The translations under genes were made by a program, and so were the position numbers. The notes under the pieces are model-generated. The model saw only the letters and a program-made list of their open reading frames with translations, was not told where the DNA came from and did no database searches. A stretch of 61,674 bases of DNA, counting the filler, from Choristocarpus tenellus KU-1152 (lineage: Eukaryota > Protista > Phaeophyceae): assembly GCA_964200185.2 (NCBI GenBank). It is 10 parts of 10 records of this genome, joined end to end, with 100 filler letters (N's around TTAATTAATTAA, not from the genome) between each part and the next. Parts side by side here need not be neighbours in the genome. Positions count along the whole stretch, not along the records: positions 1 to 24,343 come from CAXNAD020000216.1; 9 more parts are not named here. One strand, 5' to 3'. Position 1 is the stretch's first letter; every line of letters starts with the position of its first letter. This document shows positions 13,331 to 24,443 of this stretch, one piece after another.

Positions 13331-13989
13331 TGCAACCTTGTATCCTAAAGTTCTACTTGAAGGATGAGGACGATATAGTAGTGGTATTTTATTTGCTATC
13401 TGCTCACTTCCCTTCACATCTCCTGAGGACTATAGGACACATCATATCTACTCTCAGTCCAAGAGCTGGGGGGTGTTGAGAATAGTATCTCCTGGACTGA
13501 TCGAGAGGACAAGGGGAATATGAGATAGACGTTTATTGTTATGGAAGAAGGCGCGGCAGCTGATGCTGCTCATGCTACAAGACCGAGCCTTGCATATATT
13601 TATTGCGCCTGGGTCTCCGAGTGCAGGGTGATGCGCCCTTGATGCGACGTTCATGCCTAAGACACGCCAGGAGGCTAGGCGTATACATCAGGAACTAGAC
13701 CGCCTAACCATTGATAACAGGAAGTGGAGACCGGATGCTGAGGTCACCATTATGCAAGCTCCTTTGATTTCTGTTGTTTTATTTTGTAAGAGTTCCATTG
13801 TTTGATATTGTTTGTCTGTTCCCATAGAGACTACCCTTGTGATGTGTGCGAGTGATGATTCTATTAGAGTGTTAGCGAATGAGCTCCCTCCAGATCCAAG
13901 ACTGTAAGAGCAGCATGTAGCTCTCCTGAATGTGATTCATGGGATCGAGCTAGAGCAGAAGAGATTTTTGTACGTCTATGTGATAGTTG

Positions 13990-15050
13990 TGGTAAATGGT
14001 CTGGAAAGATCGTACGTTTGATCAAGGCACTTTATGGCACCAAAAGGGCAAGCAGAGAGTTTAATAATCTGTTGATGCACGTTTTGGAAAAGTGTGGTTT
14101 TGAGCAATGCAAAGCAGACCCTTGTATGTTACGCTATGTAAGAGACGGTGTTGTTTGTGCTGTGATAGCCCCCCACGTAGATGATCTATTGGTAGCTGGT
14201 AAAATTGATGTTTTGATTTGGGTTCGCTCTAGGATCAAAGAGCAGTTTTCCAAGGAGATTTTGGTGATATTAAGTTTTATATGGGTTGTGAGATTTCACG
14301 TGACAGAACTGCACAGACTGTCACCATCAGTCAGACTAGGTACATGAAGAGTGTCAAAGATTTGGTGTGGATGGGGTAAAGAAGAGGTCGGTACCCCATG
14401 ATTTCTCAAGGACTCTAGACAAGAGTGAGAATGATCCAAGTGTTGATGAAAATACACCGTACAGAGTGGCAGTTAGTAGTTTGATGTGGGCATCTGTTAT
14501 GACTAGGCTTGATATTGCAAATGCAGTTTGTGAAGTTGCCAAGTACAGTAGTAATTCCAAAGTCACTCATTGGCGTGCAGTCAAATGTATTTTAGCATAT
14601 TCGAATACGTGTCCCAGTGTTGGATTGAGTTTTGGTGGTTTTAGTATTGAGTGTGAGTTGAGTTCGTACGCTGATGCTAGTTATGCCGGAGACTGGAATG
14701 ATCGTAGATCAGTGACTGGAGGAGCAATTGTGTTTGCGAGAGGAGCAATATCTTGGATGTCAAAGGCGCAAAGAGTTGTAGCTCTATCTTCCATAGAGAG
14801 TGAATACATAGCACTTAGTAGTGTGGCACAGGAATTACTGTTCTTGAGAAGTGTTTTTGAGTTTATTCAGCCACAGTTGCCTATGCGTTGCATTGACTCT
14901 ACTAGAACAAAGCACATTGATGTCCGGCATCATTTTTTTAGGGATTTGTCTAGAAAAGGAGAGATTTGTGTTGTTTTTGTTGGTAGTTCAAACCAGAGGG
15001 CAGATGTATTGACCAAGAATTTGCCAGTTCAAGTTTTTAGACATGTGTGT
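13990..15050 (+). pseudogene. Copia RT-RNase H remnant
   Basis: KALYGTKRASREFN, ADPCM, HVDDLL, YADASYAGDWNDRRSVTG, TKHIDVRHHF, ADVLTK; frameshifted. Confidence 0.92.
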
Positions 15051-15103
15051 TTTTATTTTTGTGATTGTTTGAGAGTTAATACTTGTTTTCAGCAAGGGGA
15101 GGA

Positions 15104-15382
15104 TGTCGAATAACCTAGTGTTATCCTTACGTTATCTGTGCTGATACAAGTAAACAACATAGCTTGTATGTACGTTGATCTTTAGTTTAGTACAATACAA
15201 GGTAGTAACGTACACAGCGGTATGTTATGGTGGGTCAATGGGATATTACAAATGGTATAATGGTACAATAGCATCAAGTGGACAATACCCTGTGGATAAT
15301 TAACAATTCAGTGTGTGCTTTACCATGTAATTCAACTGCTAGCTTCTGGCGACAAGCCTTACGTGTGCCAAGCTTCTCAACA
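15104..15382 (+). repeat. Copia 3' LTR
   Basis: Follows the PPT; about 38 bp longer than the 5' LTR; followed by TSD TCTTG. Confidence 0.95.
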
Positions 15383-15494
15383 TCTTGTGCTTGGATGCTC
15401 CGTCCAGTCTCTTGCCCAAGCATTGGCATATATGCTGTTGCCCATTCAGGTCTACCCCTAGTTCTTGTTTGGTATAACCCCGTGTCCTACACGT

Positions 15495-15674
15495 AACAGT
15501 CGATTTCAAAAATTGAGGATGGGCTTGACCCAAAATTGACGGGGATAAAGTGTCGATATGTAAAAAAAAAATGACAATACAAAAAAAAAAATATCGACAC
15601 TTTATCCCAGTCAATTTTGGGTCAAGCCCATCTTCAATGAAAAGCTCCATCCTCAATTTTTGAAATCGACTGTT
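15495..15674. mobile_element. Palindromic MITE, family P, copy 2
   Basis: AACAGTCGATTTCAAAAATTGAGGATGG...CCATCCTCAATTTTTGAAATCGACTGTT; flanks ACGT/ACAT. Confidence 0.85.
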
Positions 15675-15924
15675 ACATGGATATCTGGCCGTAGGACTCG
15701 TGCTATTGGAATCGTTGAGTTGCCCAAGAAGTTGGACAAAGTATCTAAGGAAGAAATGAAATATGATTGAGGAGGGTGTCTAGGTATACGTGTATTCTAC
15801 GTGTTTTGTTTGGAGGTCGGGATGGTTGGGAGAAGGGTGACTAGTGATTACTGAGGAGGAATTGGGGCTATCTTCCTTGTTAGCATGTACTAAACACGCT
15901 GAGTTGAGAGAAGGATATCCTCGA

Positions 15925-15925
<1 letters not shown>

Positions 15926-15987
<62 letters not shown>
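15926..15987. repeat. (TA)n(TG)n compound microsatellite
   Basis: Direct reading. Confidence 0.95.
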
Positions 15988-15988
<1 letters not shown>

Positions 15989-16691
15989 CTCTTAAGTGAT
16001 GAGGTGCTTATATATATATAAATCTATGCACCTTTCACTCAGGCCACTAGAGGATTCCCAGAGCTCCTGGGCTGTGTGGTTGTAGATATACTTTTGAATT
16101 TGATAGCCCTGGAAGATTCCTGAATGATCAGACAGAGCATGTTCGTGAATCACTGCCAACATCACCCTGGGAGTCGTTATTTATAGTGTGAGCTTCGAAA
16201 GAAAATGATAATCACACCAAACGCCTTTTGAAGTGATACGTTTGAACACCTGGCTTAGCATGGACACATCTGCCATCAGACCTTGAATATTGTCCTGTTT
16301 GCAGGGTTTATGGATGGAACTATCGTTGTATTCAACCAGGACAACAACTCAACTGTAGTGTCGCGAGTCTATTGCCAGAGAAGTATTCTGAAGGAGATTA
16401 GAGAGAAAAGACATAGTTCAACATCACTCACAAGGCAGATGTCCAGAAAAAGAGATGAAATGGAGCTGTGGGCATAACGACATATAATTGCATACTAGTA
16501 GTACGCAAAATAACCACAAGTGCATGGAATTTGCTACTAATAACACACCTTTCTAACCTCTCTTGCTTCACTTGCAGAACTCTCACCCTCCCTCGAGAAC
16601 CTCAGAAACACCGTATGGTACGGATGTCATTCTCCATCTTCTATTTGTTGCCGTCCCTGATGACCTGGTGAATATGATCCAAGTACCACCA

Positions 16692-16855
16692 GGCTTAAAG
16701 TGGCGGCTGTCCATTTCGGGCCAATTTTTTATGTCGCGATTTTTGGATGATTTGGTTGCATACGTCGAATGGTTAACGTAAGTAGTCTTTTCCTGGTTAT
16801 GGCCCAAATGGACACCCTGGTGTAGACCCCCCTCCCCTCCCAGATACTTTGGGTC
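16692..16855. mobile_element. MITE family C
   Basis: GGCTTAAAGT...CCCAGATACTTTGGGTC; TSD ACCA/ACCA; inverted homolog of 41349-41516. Confidence 0.8.
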
Positions 16856-18663
16856 ACCAGGCAACATAAGAGTGGAAAGTGATTCTCTCGTATGTGTAGG
16901 TCGAAGGCTAGTTCTGTACTGTAGAGATCCATGTTCTTTCTATCCATCTTACCAATTGTTCGAAGCAATACTCTAGCGGAACAGAACTATCACTTGCATG
17001 GCAATTTTCCTTCGGCTGCCTCATCTCACTCTTCCGGCATGATGAAGTGATTGAGGTTATGCAAGGCAACCTCGACCAACATAAAATTTAGGGAGGCGTA
17101 TCTACAACCGTTTCATGTGTTTAAAACCACAATTTTATCCCGTAAGACTAGCAAGCACATGTCACATCAACTCATTGGTTACAGCTACCGTAGTTTGCCG
17201 TAATTCCTCATAATGAACACTGTGCACAATCCTGGTTTTCGTGCCAGAGGGAAACGCGGGGATGACGGACTGCGAAAGTGGAGCATCGATCCGGTGCTAC
17301 CACCTAGTAGTGGAGAGATGCTGTATGAAGATCTACCACCTGTTGTCGCCGCCATTGAAGGTAGCATTCCAAGCCAGTCTTGGATGAGCGCACCTGTTGC
17401 TATTTGGCCTCTTGGTTCTATTGTTAAACCGTCGCAAATGTATTTCTACCCCGTCTTCGATGAGTAGCAAGAGTCGATTTCGACCCACTATCTCCTTCTA
17501 CATGTACAAGGTGCTGCTGCAAGAAAGGATGATGCGCTAAGTCTTTTCATTCCGACGTAGTCTCCAGTGGAGTTAGGGAGTTACGTTAGGTATTCATGCA
17601 TTTGGATGATCTAACTGCTGCGGAGGGCTGAACAATTGAGATGTGAACCATCTTGGCACTCCTCTTTTCCTTGGATTAATTTAATAAGCATGATCATCCC
17701 CGTTGAACCCCCCTCTGACCTCGCACTACAAAAAGATTGCCGGGTTCTGCAGGGGGGGAACGAAGTCAATGTTTACGATGACGAGGAGCTGGGAGTACAG
17801 GCGATAGAAGTAGTGGGGAGAAGGGTGGCACTAATCTTCCCGTGCAGTTCAATTCTACGACATCTATGCATGCACATCAAGGTTCGGAAATCACACACAC
17901 CCAGATTTGCACCTATTGGACCTATCTCACAATGATTGGACTGGTCCTTAATCAGAGTAAACATACAGCTTGATGTTTACATTTCACCTAGCACAGTACT
18001 AGAAATGGAACTGTATACTACCGTCAGGGGTCTAGCAATGAAGTCAAAGAGTAGGTCGGTGTTACGTTGCTGGACATAGTGTTCTAGAAGAAATTATTCA
18101 TTTTACAGATGGACAACCTGGGCTTACATCATCGTTTATCTATGCGTATCTATGCCTGAAATATTTTGCAGAGATTTTCTATGCGGTCATGACATATCAT
18201 CGACATCATTGTGCTCCTACTCTCATACCCGTTACACAGATACTAGATAAGTTTGCATCCTTCGAGATCGAGATTGTGGATGACACCAGTCGATACCGAC
18301 AGATTGACGTGAGGTATGTACCATAAATCGTGTGTTGATCGTAACGTGATTCTCCAATATGATCAACTTGAAATGGATAAGAGTTCAACTACTGAAGAAA
18401 TGAGTAGAAAATGCACTAAACAAGAACAGCACTACGATCCGATAGTCTGGAGTATGACTGAGGTGTACATTCATTCCATAAAAAACCCCTCTGAAAATGA
18501 TGTATTTCAACTGCTCTAGCTTATAGTTAACTATTACTGTGCCTGTAGCATGTGTTTACAAACCTTCTCTGAGTTCAGAGTGTGGCTATACAGAGGGAAC
18601 AGATTGATTGATGTAGCATCAAATGCAAAAAACAGCATGACGCAATGAAGTTTTACTCGAAGT

Positions 18664-18920
18664 GAGCCAAATTATATGAGACGTAGCCAGGTTTTGACCA
18701 ATTTGCTTTTTGAGTCTGTTTTTCAATCTTTTGCAATTCACCTTTATTTCTACGAAGTTCTAAGTTTTACTTGAGAGTGCTTATTTCTCTATGGTTTGAA
18801 ACTTTTCTGACACGATTCACAAAACATCCCATACATCTTTGTAGAAAAAACAACTTTTGAATATATTTGTCAGAATCCATCATAAAATGCATCATTGGGT
18901 ACCTCTCTTTTACTTTGACC
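18664..18920 (+). mobile_element. MITE family B
   Basis: GAGCCAAATTAT...TTTACTTTGACC; flanks AGT/AGT. Confidence 0.75.
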
Positions 18921-20506
18921 AGTGCATTTTAGCAAATTGTATTCCAGAGGACAAAAAGTGATCATTCCAATACAGAGAGAGGAGTTACCACAGCAAAACA
19001 GTCTTATGTATATATTATGCACCTTCTTCAAGGATAGATACATTTCATCATGAAATAATCCTAGGCTTCTTCCATGTAGATCCATCCTTGAATACAATAC
19101 AGCTGTAGAGTTGCATGCCTTGTTTCAATTTGAGATAGGTTTTCTTCTTTCATGCCTTTGTATGAGATCTGGTTTGATCAGCCTTACACCAAGAAACAGC
19201 TGCAAAAAATCCCAAGCTATTGGGAACCGAGAGGCTCATCAACAAAAAATTACTCTAAAGCCCTTTAAAATCTTCTTGGAAGTAGAAATCATCACTAAGT
19301 TTCAGCTAAGTATTGCCCTACTTCATCTCTCCCACTCTCCCTCACAACAACTCGACATAATCCTAGCAACAATCGCAGCCTGGTCACCATCGATGGAGAT
19401 CGAGCCTCCCTCCCCCTGCAGGCTGGAGGCAGTGGAGGTTGGCAGTACATCAACATGGATCTTGAGCACATTGTGCGAGTGGCTTTTGGATCGGGTTACC
19501 TCACAACATGTCAGATCACACTGCACCCCAGTTTGTGGGTGGCTAAGTTATTTTTTCAGGACAAGCGGTACTCGGATTTTGAGCTCCCAGAATACCTCAG
19601 GGCCACAGGAAAACAAGAGCTATGAATGTTTTTCAGTCAAAGTAGATCTTAATCTAAGAAAATTATGGACAACGTTGGTTGTGGTTGTCAATACCTGACA
19701 CATTAGTTAGAACCGATCAGTGAATATTTTAAACAGAAAATAACTGCAGATGGCCCTAACAAAGTTTCTCTGCAAGGAGAGTGGACTGATCATTTTGTGC
19801 ACTTGAGGGAGACTCAGAACTCTGTATTCGGATGTCATACATCAATAACACCTTCTCCAAGGCATGAGGAGCTTTTCGTGCCTGTCAGTGACTTGCAAGG
19901 CAAGGTAGGTATATCACCGCATTCAGGAAGCGAGTCACTCACCATTTCTTCCCCTAGTGGCTATGACATCCCATACAGAAGGACTCATGTCTACGCACAC
20001 AGATGTACACATAGCTGCCAATACACTAACTCTTCTTTACCCCCGAGCGCAGGGAAGCTATGGGCAAATGCATGCCCCTGCAATCATCTGTACTCCCAAC
20101 CTGAAATCCGAGCTCCCTGAATCAGAACCTGAACTACAAGTAGTACCAACCCAAGCTGGCCTGGAAGGGTGCCAAAAGCACTTTGCCTAGCACATGGTAT
20201 AATATGACCTCTCAAGAATCTCAAAATGTGACCAGATAGCGCTCGAGTCGTCAAGAACTGTTCTCTCTCTGTGGAACCTGTTCTGACAAAATTTCAAACG
20301 CTGTGGAGACACCAAAAGCAAGACAGGTCTGGTGCATGGGTGCTGAAAACTCTTTACATTGCCCCCTTATCACACCACATCCAAGAACATGCATGGTGCT
20401 ACCCAGCAGTCTGCCAATAGTGTTCAGGGAGTGAGCGGTTCATGACTCTTGGAATAGTTCATTGCACTATTCCGTACATATTTTCTTGAGATTTGCAGGT
20501 GACACC

Positions 20507-20762
20507 GAGTCAAAAGCAGATGAGAGTTACCCATAGCTACATTTCAAGGATGTTCACAAATGTGTGCGAAATTCGATTATTTAAAAAAAGTGTAAGGGTT
20601 ATTTTCTTAATGGTGTTGAACACTTTCAAACAAGATAGATAAAACGCTCTCAAGTAAATCTTACAATCTCTCCGTAGAAATATGGGTGAGTTGCGGAGCA
20701 TTGAAAAACAGGCTTAAAAAGCAAAACGACCAAACCTGGGTACCCCTTCTTTGCTTTGACTC
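20507..20762 (-). mobile_element. MITE family B
   Basis: GAGTCAAAAGCA...TTGCTTTGACTC; flanks ACC/TCC. Confidence 0.75.
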
Positions 20763-21878
20763 TCCGTACAAAACAATCCCAAACGAAAACTACTCTGTAG
20801 AATTGAAGAGCATATATTTACTCTCTGTGGAGATACTCCTGGTTTGCAGTTTGTATGTATGAAATATAAAATTCTCTTGAGACGGCAGAGTTATCCTTGA
20901 AAGACAAGGGGGAGGAAAAATAGGAGGGAGTCTACAGCACAATCATGTTAAGAACAACCAGGAGTACCATTCATATCACATGTACTTAGTACTGTACATG
21001 TCCAGTGTTAGAAATGACGTTAATACCGATGATCACGTTCATATGCCTTTTTCCACCTCCCCCACAAGGATGAAAGGCAACATGCACACTGAGATGGTCG
21101 TACCTGCCTGGTACCACAGACAACCAGCACACACATCATCACAATCCCCAACTGTCTTCCTTTTTCTCCAATCATCTTGGGAATTTGGCACGTTCCAAAG
21201 TAAAGCAGGAGTTATTTCCGAATCTGACCCGCTTGGGAACAACATTCGTCTTCCTCTTGGCACTGGGGGAACTTTTCCAAATGTTGGGGAGAGCAATCAC
21301 AATCACATCTCAACTCTCCACGCCATTATCCCTCTTTCTCAGAGAGGAGTGAATACAGAAGCCTGACTGAACCTGTAGAGAAGCAGTCTCTCCTTCAACT
21401 ATAAACCAGCTCCGCTTCCAACACAGTTATAAAAGGATCTTGTCGAGTAAGGGGATAGTGTCTTGAGGGTAACTACCATCCAAGCATCATAGGTTGTAGG
21501 AAAACCTTCCTCAAGCAGTACCCAGCAAGCGTCCAGATCCTGTACATTTGTTTTTTTTACGACCCCTTCCTGTCTAAATTTACAGACAGAAGTGCCACCA
21601 AAGTTCCAAAGGAGAATGCCAAATGCTGCAGTGGGTGTGTGATAGACAACTTCCTCTAGGGGGACCATTAGTGCCTTTCACTGTCTTGAGGACGATAAGA
21701 GTACCAAGAAATGAGTGTTCAAACAACTCTCAGTTTCCAAAAAGGTTCGTTGCCTCTCAACTTGATCCTTTCCCCTTTCCGACCCTGTAAAAATACTCAA
21801 TATATATATATATACTAAGCAGTTTCACACTGCATTTGATCACTTGCAAAAGACCCCCAACCCAGCTCCAATACAACT

Positions 21879-23958
21879 TCAAGAAGATTCGTCCATGGGT
21901 GCCCCCCCCGCTTGTTGCCCCCCCTCAACCCCTGCAGCCAACTCCTGCTTTGCTGCCAGTAGTAGCTTAGCATTTCCCAGCACGATTACACCACCTTCTG
22001 GCATCACTGAGCCACCTGCAAGCCTGCCGGAGGTGGGGTCTGGTCGACCCCATGCCAATTCCAGATCTAAAGGGAGACTCAAGATGCGATTGTTTGCTAG
22101 GTTCACCTGTGGGATTTGAGAAAAAGCTCTAGAGTCAGGGCTTGGAGAATAACAGGTGACTGCTGGAATGTAAAAATGTAAAAAAAATCCCATAAGAAAC
22201 GGCGCCGATGGAGATGATGGTGCAAACACAAAGCAGGCTATCTAACCAGTGCGTACATGAACTGCATGAGTGAAGCAACAATCGCTTCCGCCCTAACAAG
22301 CCAGGGACAGCGGACTAAAAGGGGTGTGCCCATTCCGTGGTCAATACTTGATATGGACAAAGGGTTGTTGGTGAAGATGATTTCTGTCTCATCAGCCATG
22401 CTCACCCATGTCCCCCTCACCTGTGGAGTTTAACTGTGTACATACTAACAACCCCTTTTCCCACCGAACATTTCACACTGTTCTCAAAAAATCACTATTG
22501 AGCCCTCCTCATCCTCGCCTCCTCACACACACACACACAAACTACCAAGTAACCACAGCCCCGTCACCTTGTTAAGTTTGTGTAGACGAGCCAGGGAAGC
22601 AGGCAATGCAGACAGTTTATTCCCATTCACAAATATTCGCTCCAATAGGACCAGGTCTCCAATCTGAAGGGGCAGCCCCTCCAGGCAGTTGCTGCTCACC
22701 CCCAGTGTTTTCAAGGAGAGCAATGACCCCAGCTCGGCAGGAAGCTCTTCAATCTCATTTTGTCTTTTGCGGGACCAGGGAGGCAAAACCGGACAAAGCG
22801 TGAGGGGGTCAAATCGAGCTACGCATTTAGTTCTTGTGTCTGTGCCGTATGGTGNNNNNNNNNNGTGCTACCCAGCGGTGGAAGGGGCATTGGGAGGGGT
22901 ATGCCCCGATCTCCTCCCTCCCAGATTCGTTGTTGCTTAAAAAAAAATATCTCAGAGAAGGTGAAAGCGTGAGGAACAAGGAAGTGTCGAATCATTAGAC
23001 GAGGGTGCCCTGTCCACACGCGTCATCCATCTACAACACGAGGAAAAAAATAAAAAATAAAACATGGTCGTATTTACAGGTACGACGCACCTGAGCAGCA
23101 GGGATTCAAGTTTGTTCAGCCTGCCCACAGATGGTGGAACTTTACGCAAGCCGTTGTTGTCAACGGCTAGCACACGGAGATCAGAGAGGGAGGATATGCC
23201 ATCGGGGATCTGTCTTCGAGTGATAGGTTAGGTCACATGTACATCGTAACCAAGGGGAGGAGCAGTGGAGAGAGTAGATACTTGTGAAAAATAGGAGGGG
23301 ACATGGAGAAGTGGGCAGATTAGGTATATGATCGGAGTTGGTGGCGGTACACAAAAAGACAAGCCCCTTGAGTAGGGGAACATTGGGGAGACATAGGTGG
23401 TACAGCTATGATGCAGAGGATAGTAGAGGTTGAAGTGGGATAGGATCAGGAGATAGGTCATCGCTTCTCTTGAACAAGCCAACCTCTGGTATTTGGTTCC
23501 CACTTAGTCGCAGCTCCTGTAGATGCCTGGCGTGCAGGGATGCAGCAATGAGATGGAGGTGGAGTTGGGCGATAGATCAAGGATAGGGCTTGGATGTACC
23601 AAGGGCAAGATGCCTAACTGCATCAGAATATTGGGGTAGCATTGGTGCACTAGCATGTGGGCATTGGAGGGAGAGCAGTAGGGGTTGCATGATAGACACA
23701 TTGTTGTCAAGAAAGTGTGAAAATGCATGTCAACCACATACTTGGAGGCCTCTTCTATAGGCCACCATTCAAAAATATATAATAAGCTGCATGTATGGTA
23801 TTAATAGTCAGTCTATGACCTTGTGTGAAGGTATGAGCCCCTACATTAACAGTAAGTTATACCAACAACAGGGACTGCCCTTACCTCAGCTGCAAGATGG
23901 ACTCAGGAAATGCCTGCAAGGCGTTGTCATCAACCCACAGCTTCTCCAGCGTTGACAC
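21879..23958 (-). CDS. Leucine-rich repeat protein, 5'-truncated; exons 23958-23885, 23526-23484, 23209-23091, 22763-22568, 22106-21879
   Basis: All junctions are GT-AG and phase-compatible: VSTLEKLWVDDNALQAFPESILQLR-HLQELRLSGNQIPE-IPDGISSLSDLRVLAVDNNGLRKVP...-QNEIEELPAELGSL...-VNLANNRILSLP...*, with an unbroken 23-aa LxxLxLxxN period. Confidence 0.92.
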
Positions 23959-24343
23959 CTACATCCACCTCGAACAATCCACCCAACCAAGAAACGAGCA
24001 GCAATCACAATGGAAAGAACACCCAAGCAGTAGTTGTATTTGATGACAGACAGCACAGAATACGCAGTAGAAGGTGGAACGGAGGGGGGAAAAGATTTTC
24101 AAAGGCATCAGCAACAGGAGAAATTAATGTGGGGGTTAAGAAGCAATAGCCAGAGGAAGTGAGGGCAAGCTACTGGCAGCAGGAGAAAAAGGTAAAGGTA
24201 ATGCTCAATTCCTTATCTTCAGTGGAAATATCTACTCTCCTAATTTGTCTAGATAATTTGGGCAATACATAATATGTTCCTGTCTGGAGGGGGGGTTGGG
24301 GGGGGGGGGGGGGGGGCAGGGGGTGATTGTTCCCTGTCTTCCC

Positions 24344-24443
24344 NNNNNNNNNNNNNNNNNNNNNNNNNNNNNNNNNNNNNNNNNNNNTTAATTAATTAAN
24401 NNNNNNNNNNNNNNNNNNNNNNNNNNNNNNNNNNNNNNNNNNN
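24344..24443. other. Artificial contig linker (also 27659-27758, 31202-31301, 35371-35470, 39257-39356, 45542-45641, 48234-48333, 51486-51585, 55406-55505)
   Basis: Identical 100-nt N44-TTAATTAATTAA-N44 spacers with stops in all six frames. Confidence 0.99.

Larger units (their letters stand above)
11685..15382 (+). mobile_element. Ty1/Copia LTR retrotransposon, decayed and internally deleted
   Basis: LTRs TGTCGAA...CTCAACA at 11685-11925 and 15104-15382; TSD TCTTG/TCTTG; PPT AAGGGGAGGA at 15094-15103; gag, protease, RT and RNase H remnants. Confidence 0.97.

Noticed and set aside
16100-18400. Decayed spliced gene on minus strand (e.g. WNATFNGGDNRW, VVLVEYNDSSIHKPC)
   Set aside because: Too many stops and frameshifts; the faint ParB-like GNxR resemblance is not supportable by eye.
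24388-24399. Recurring TTAATTAATTAA motif between N runs
   Set aside because: Synthetic six-frame-stop linker; not biological, and cross-linker synteny cannot be used.
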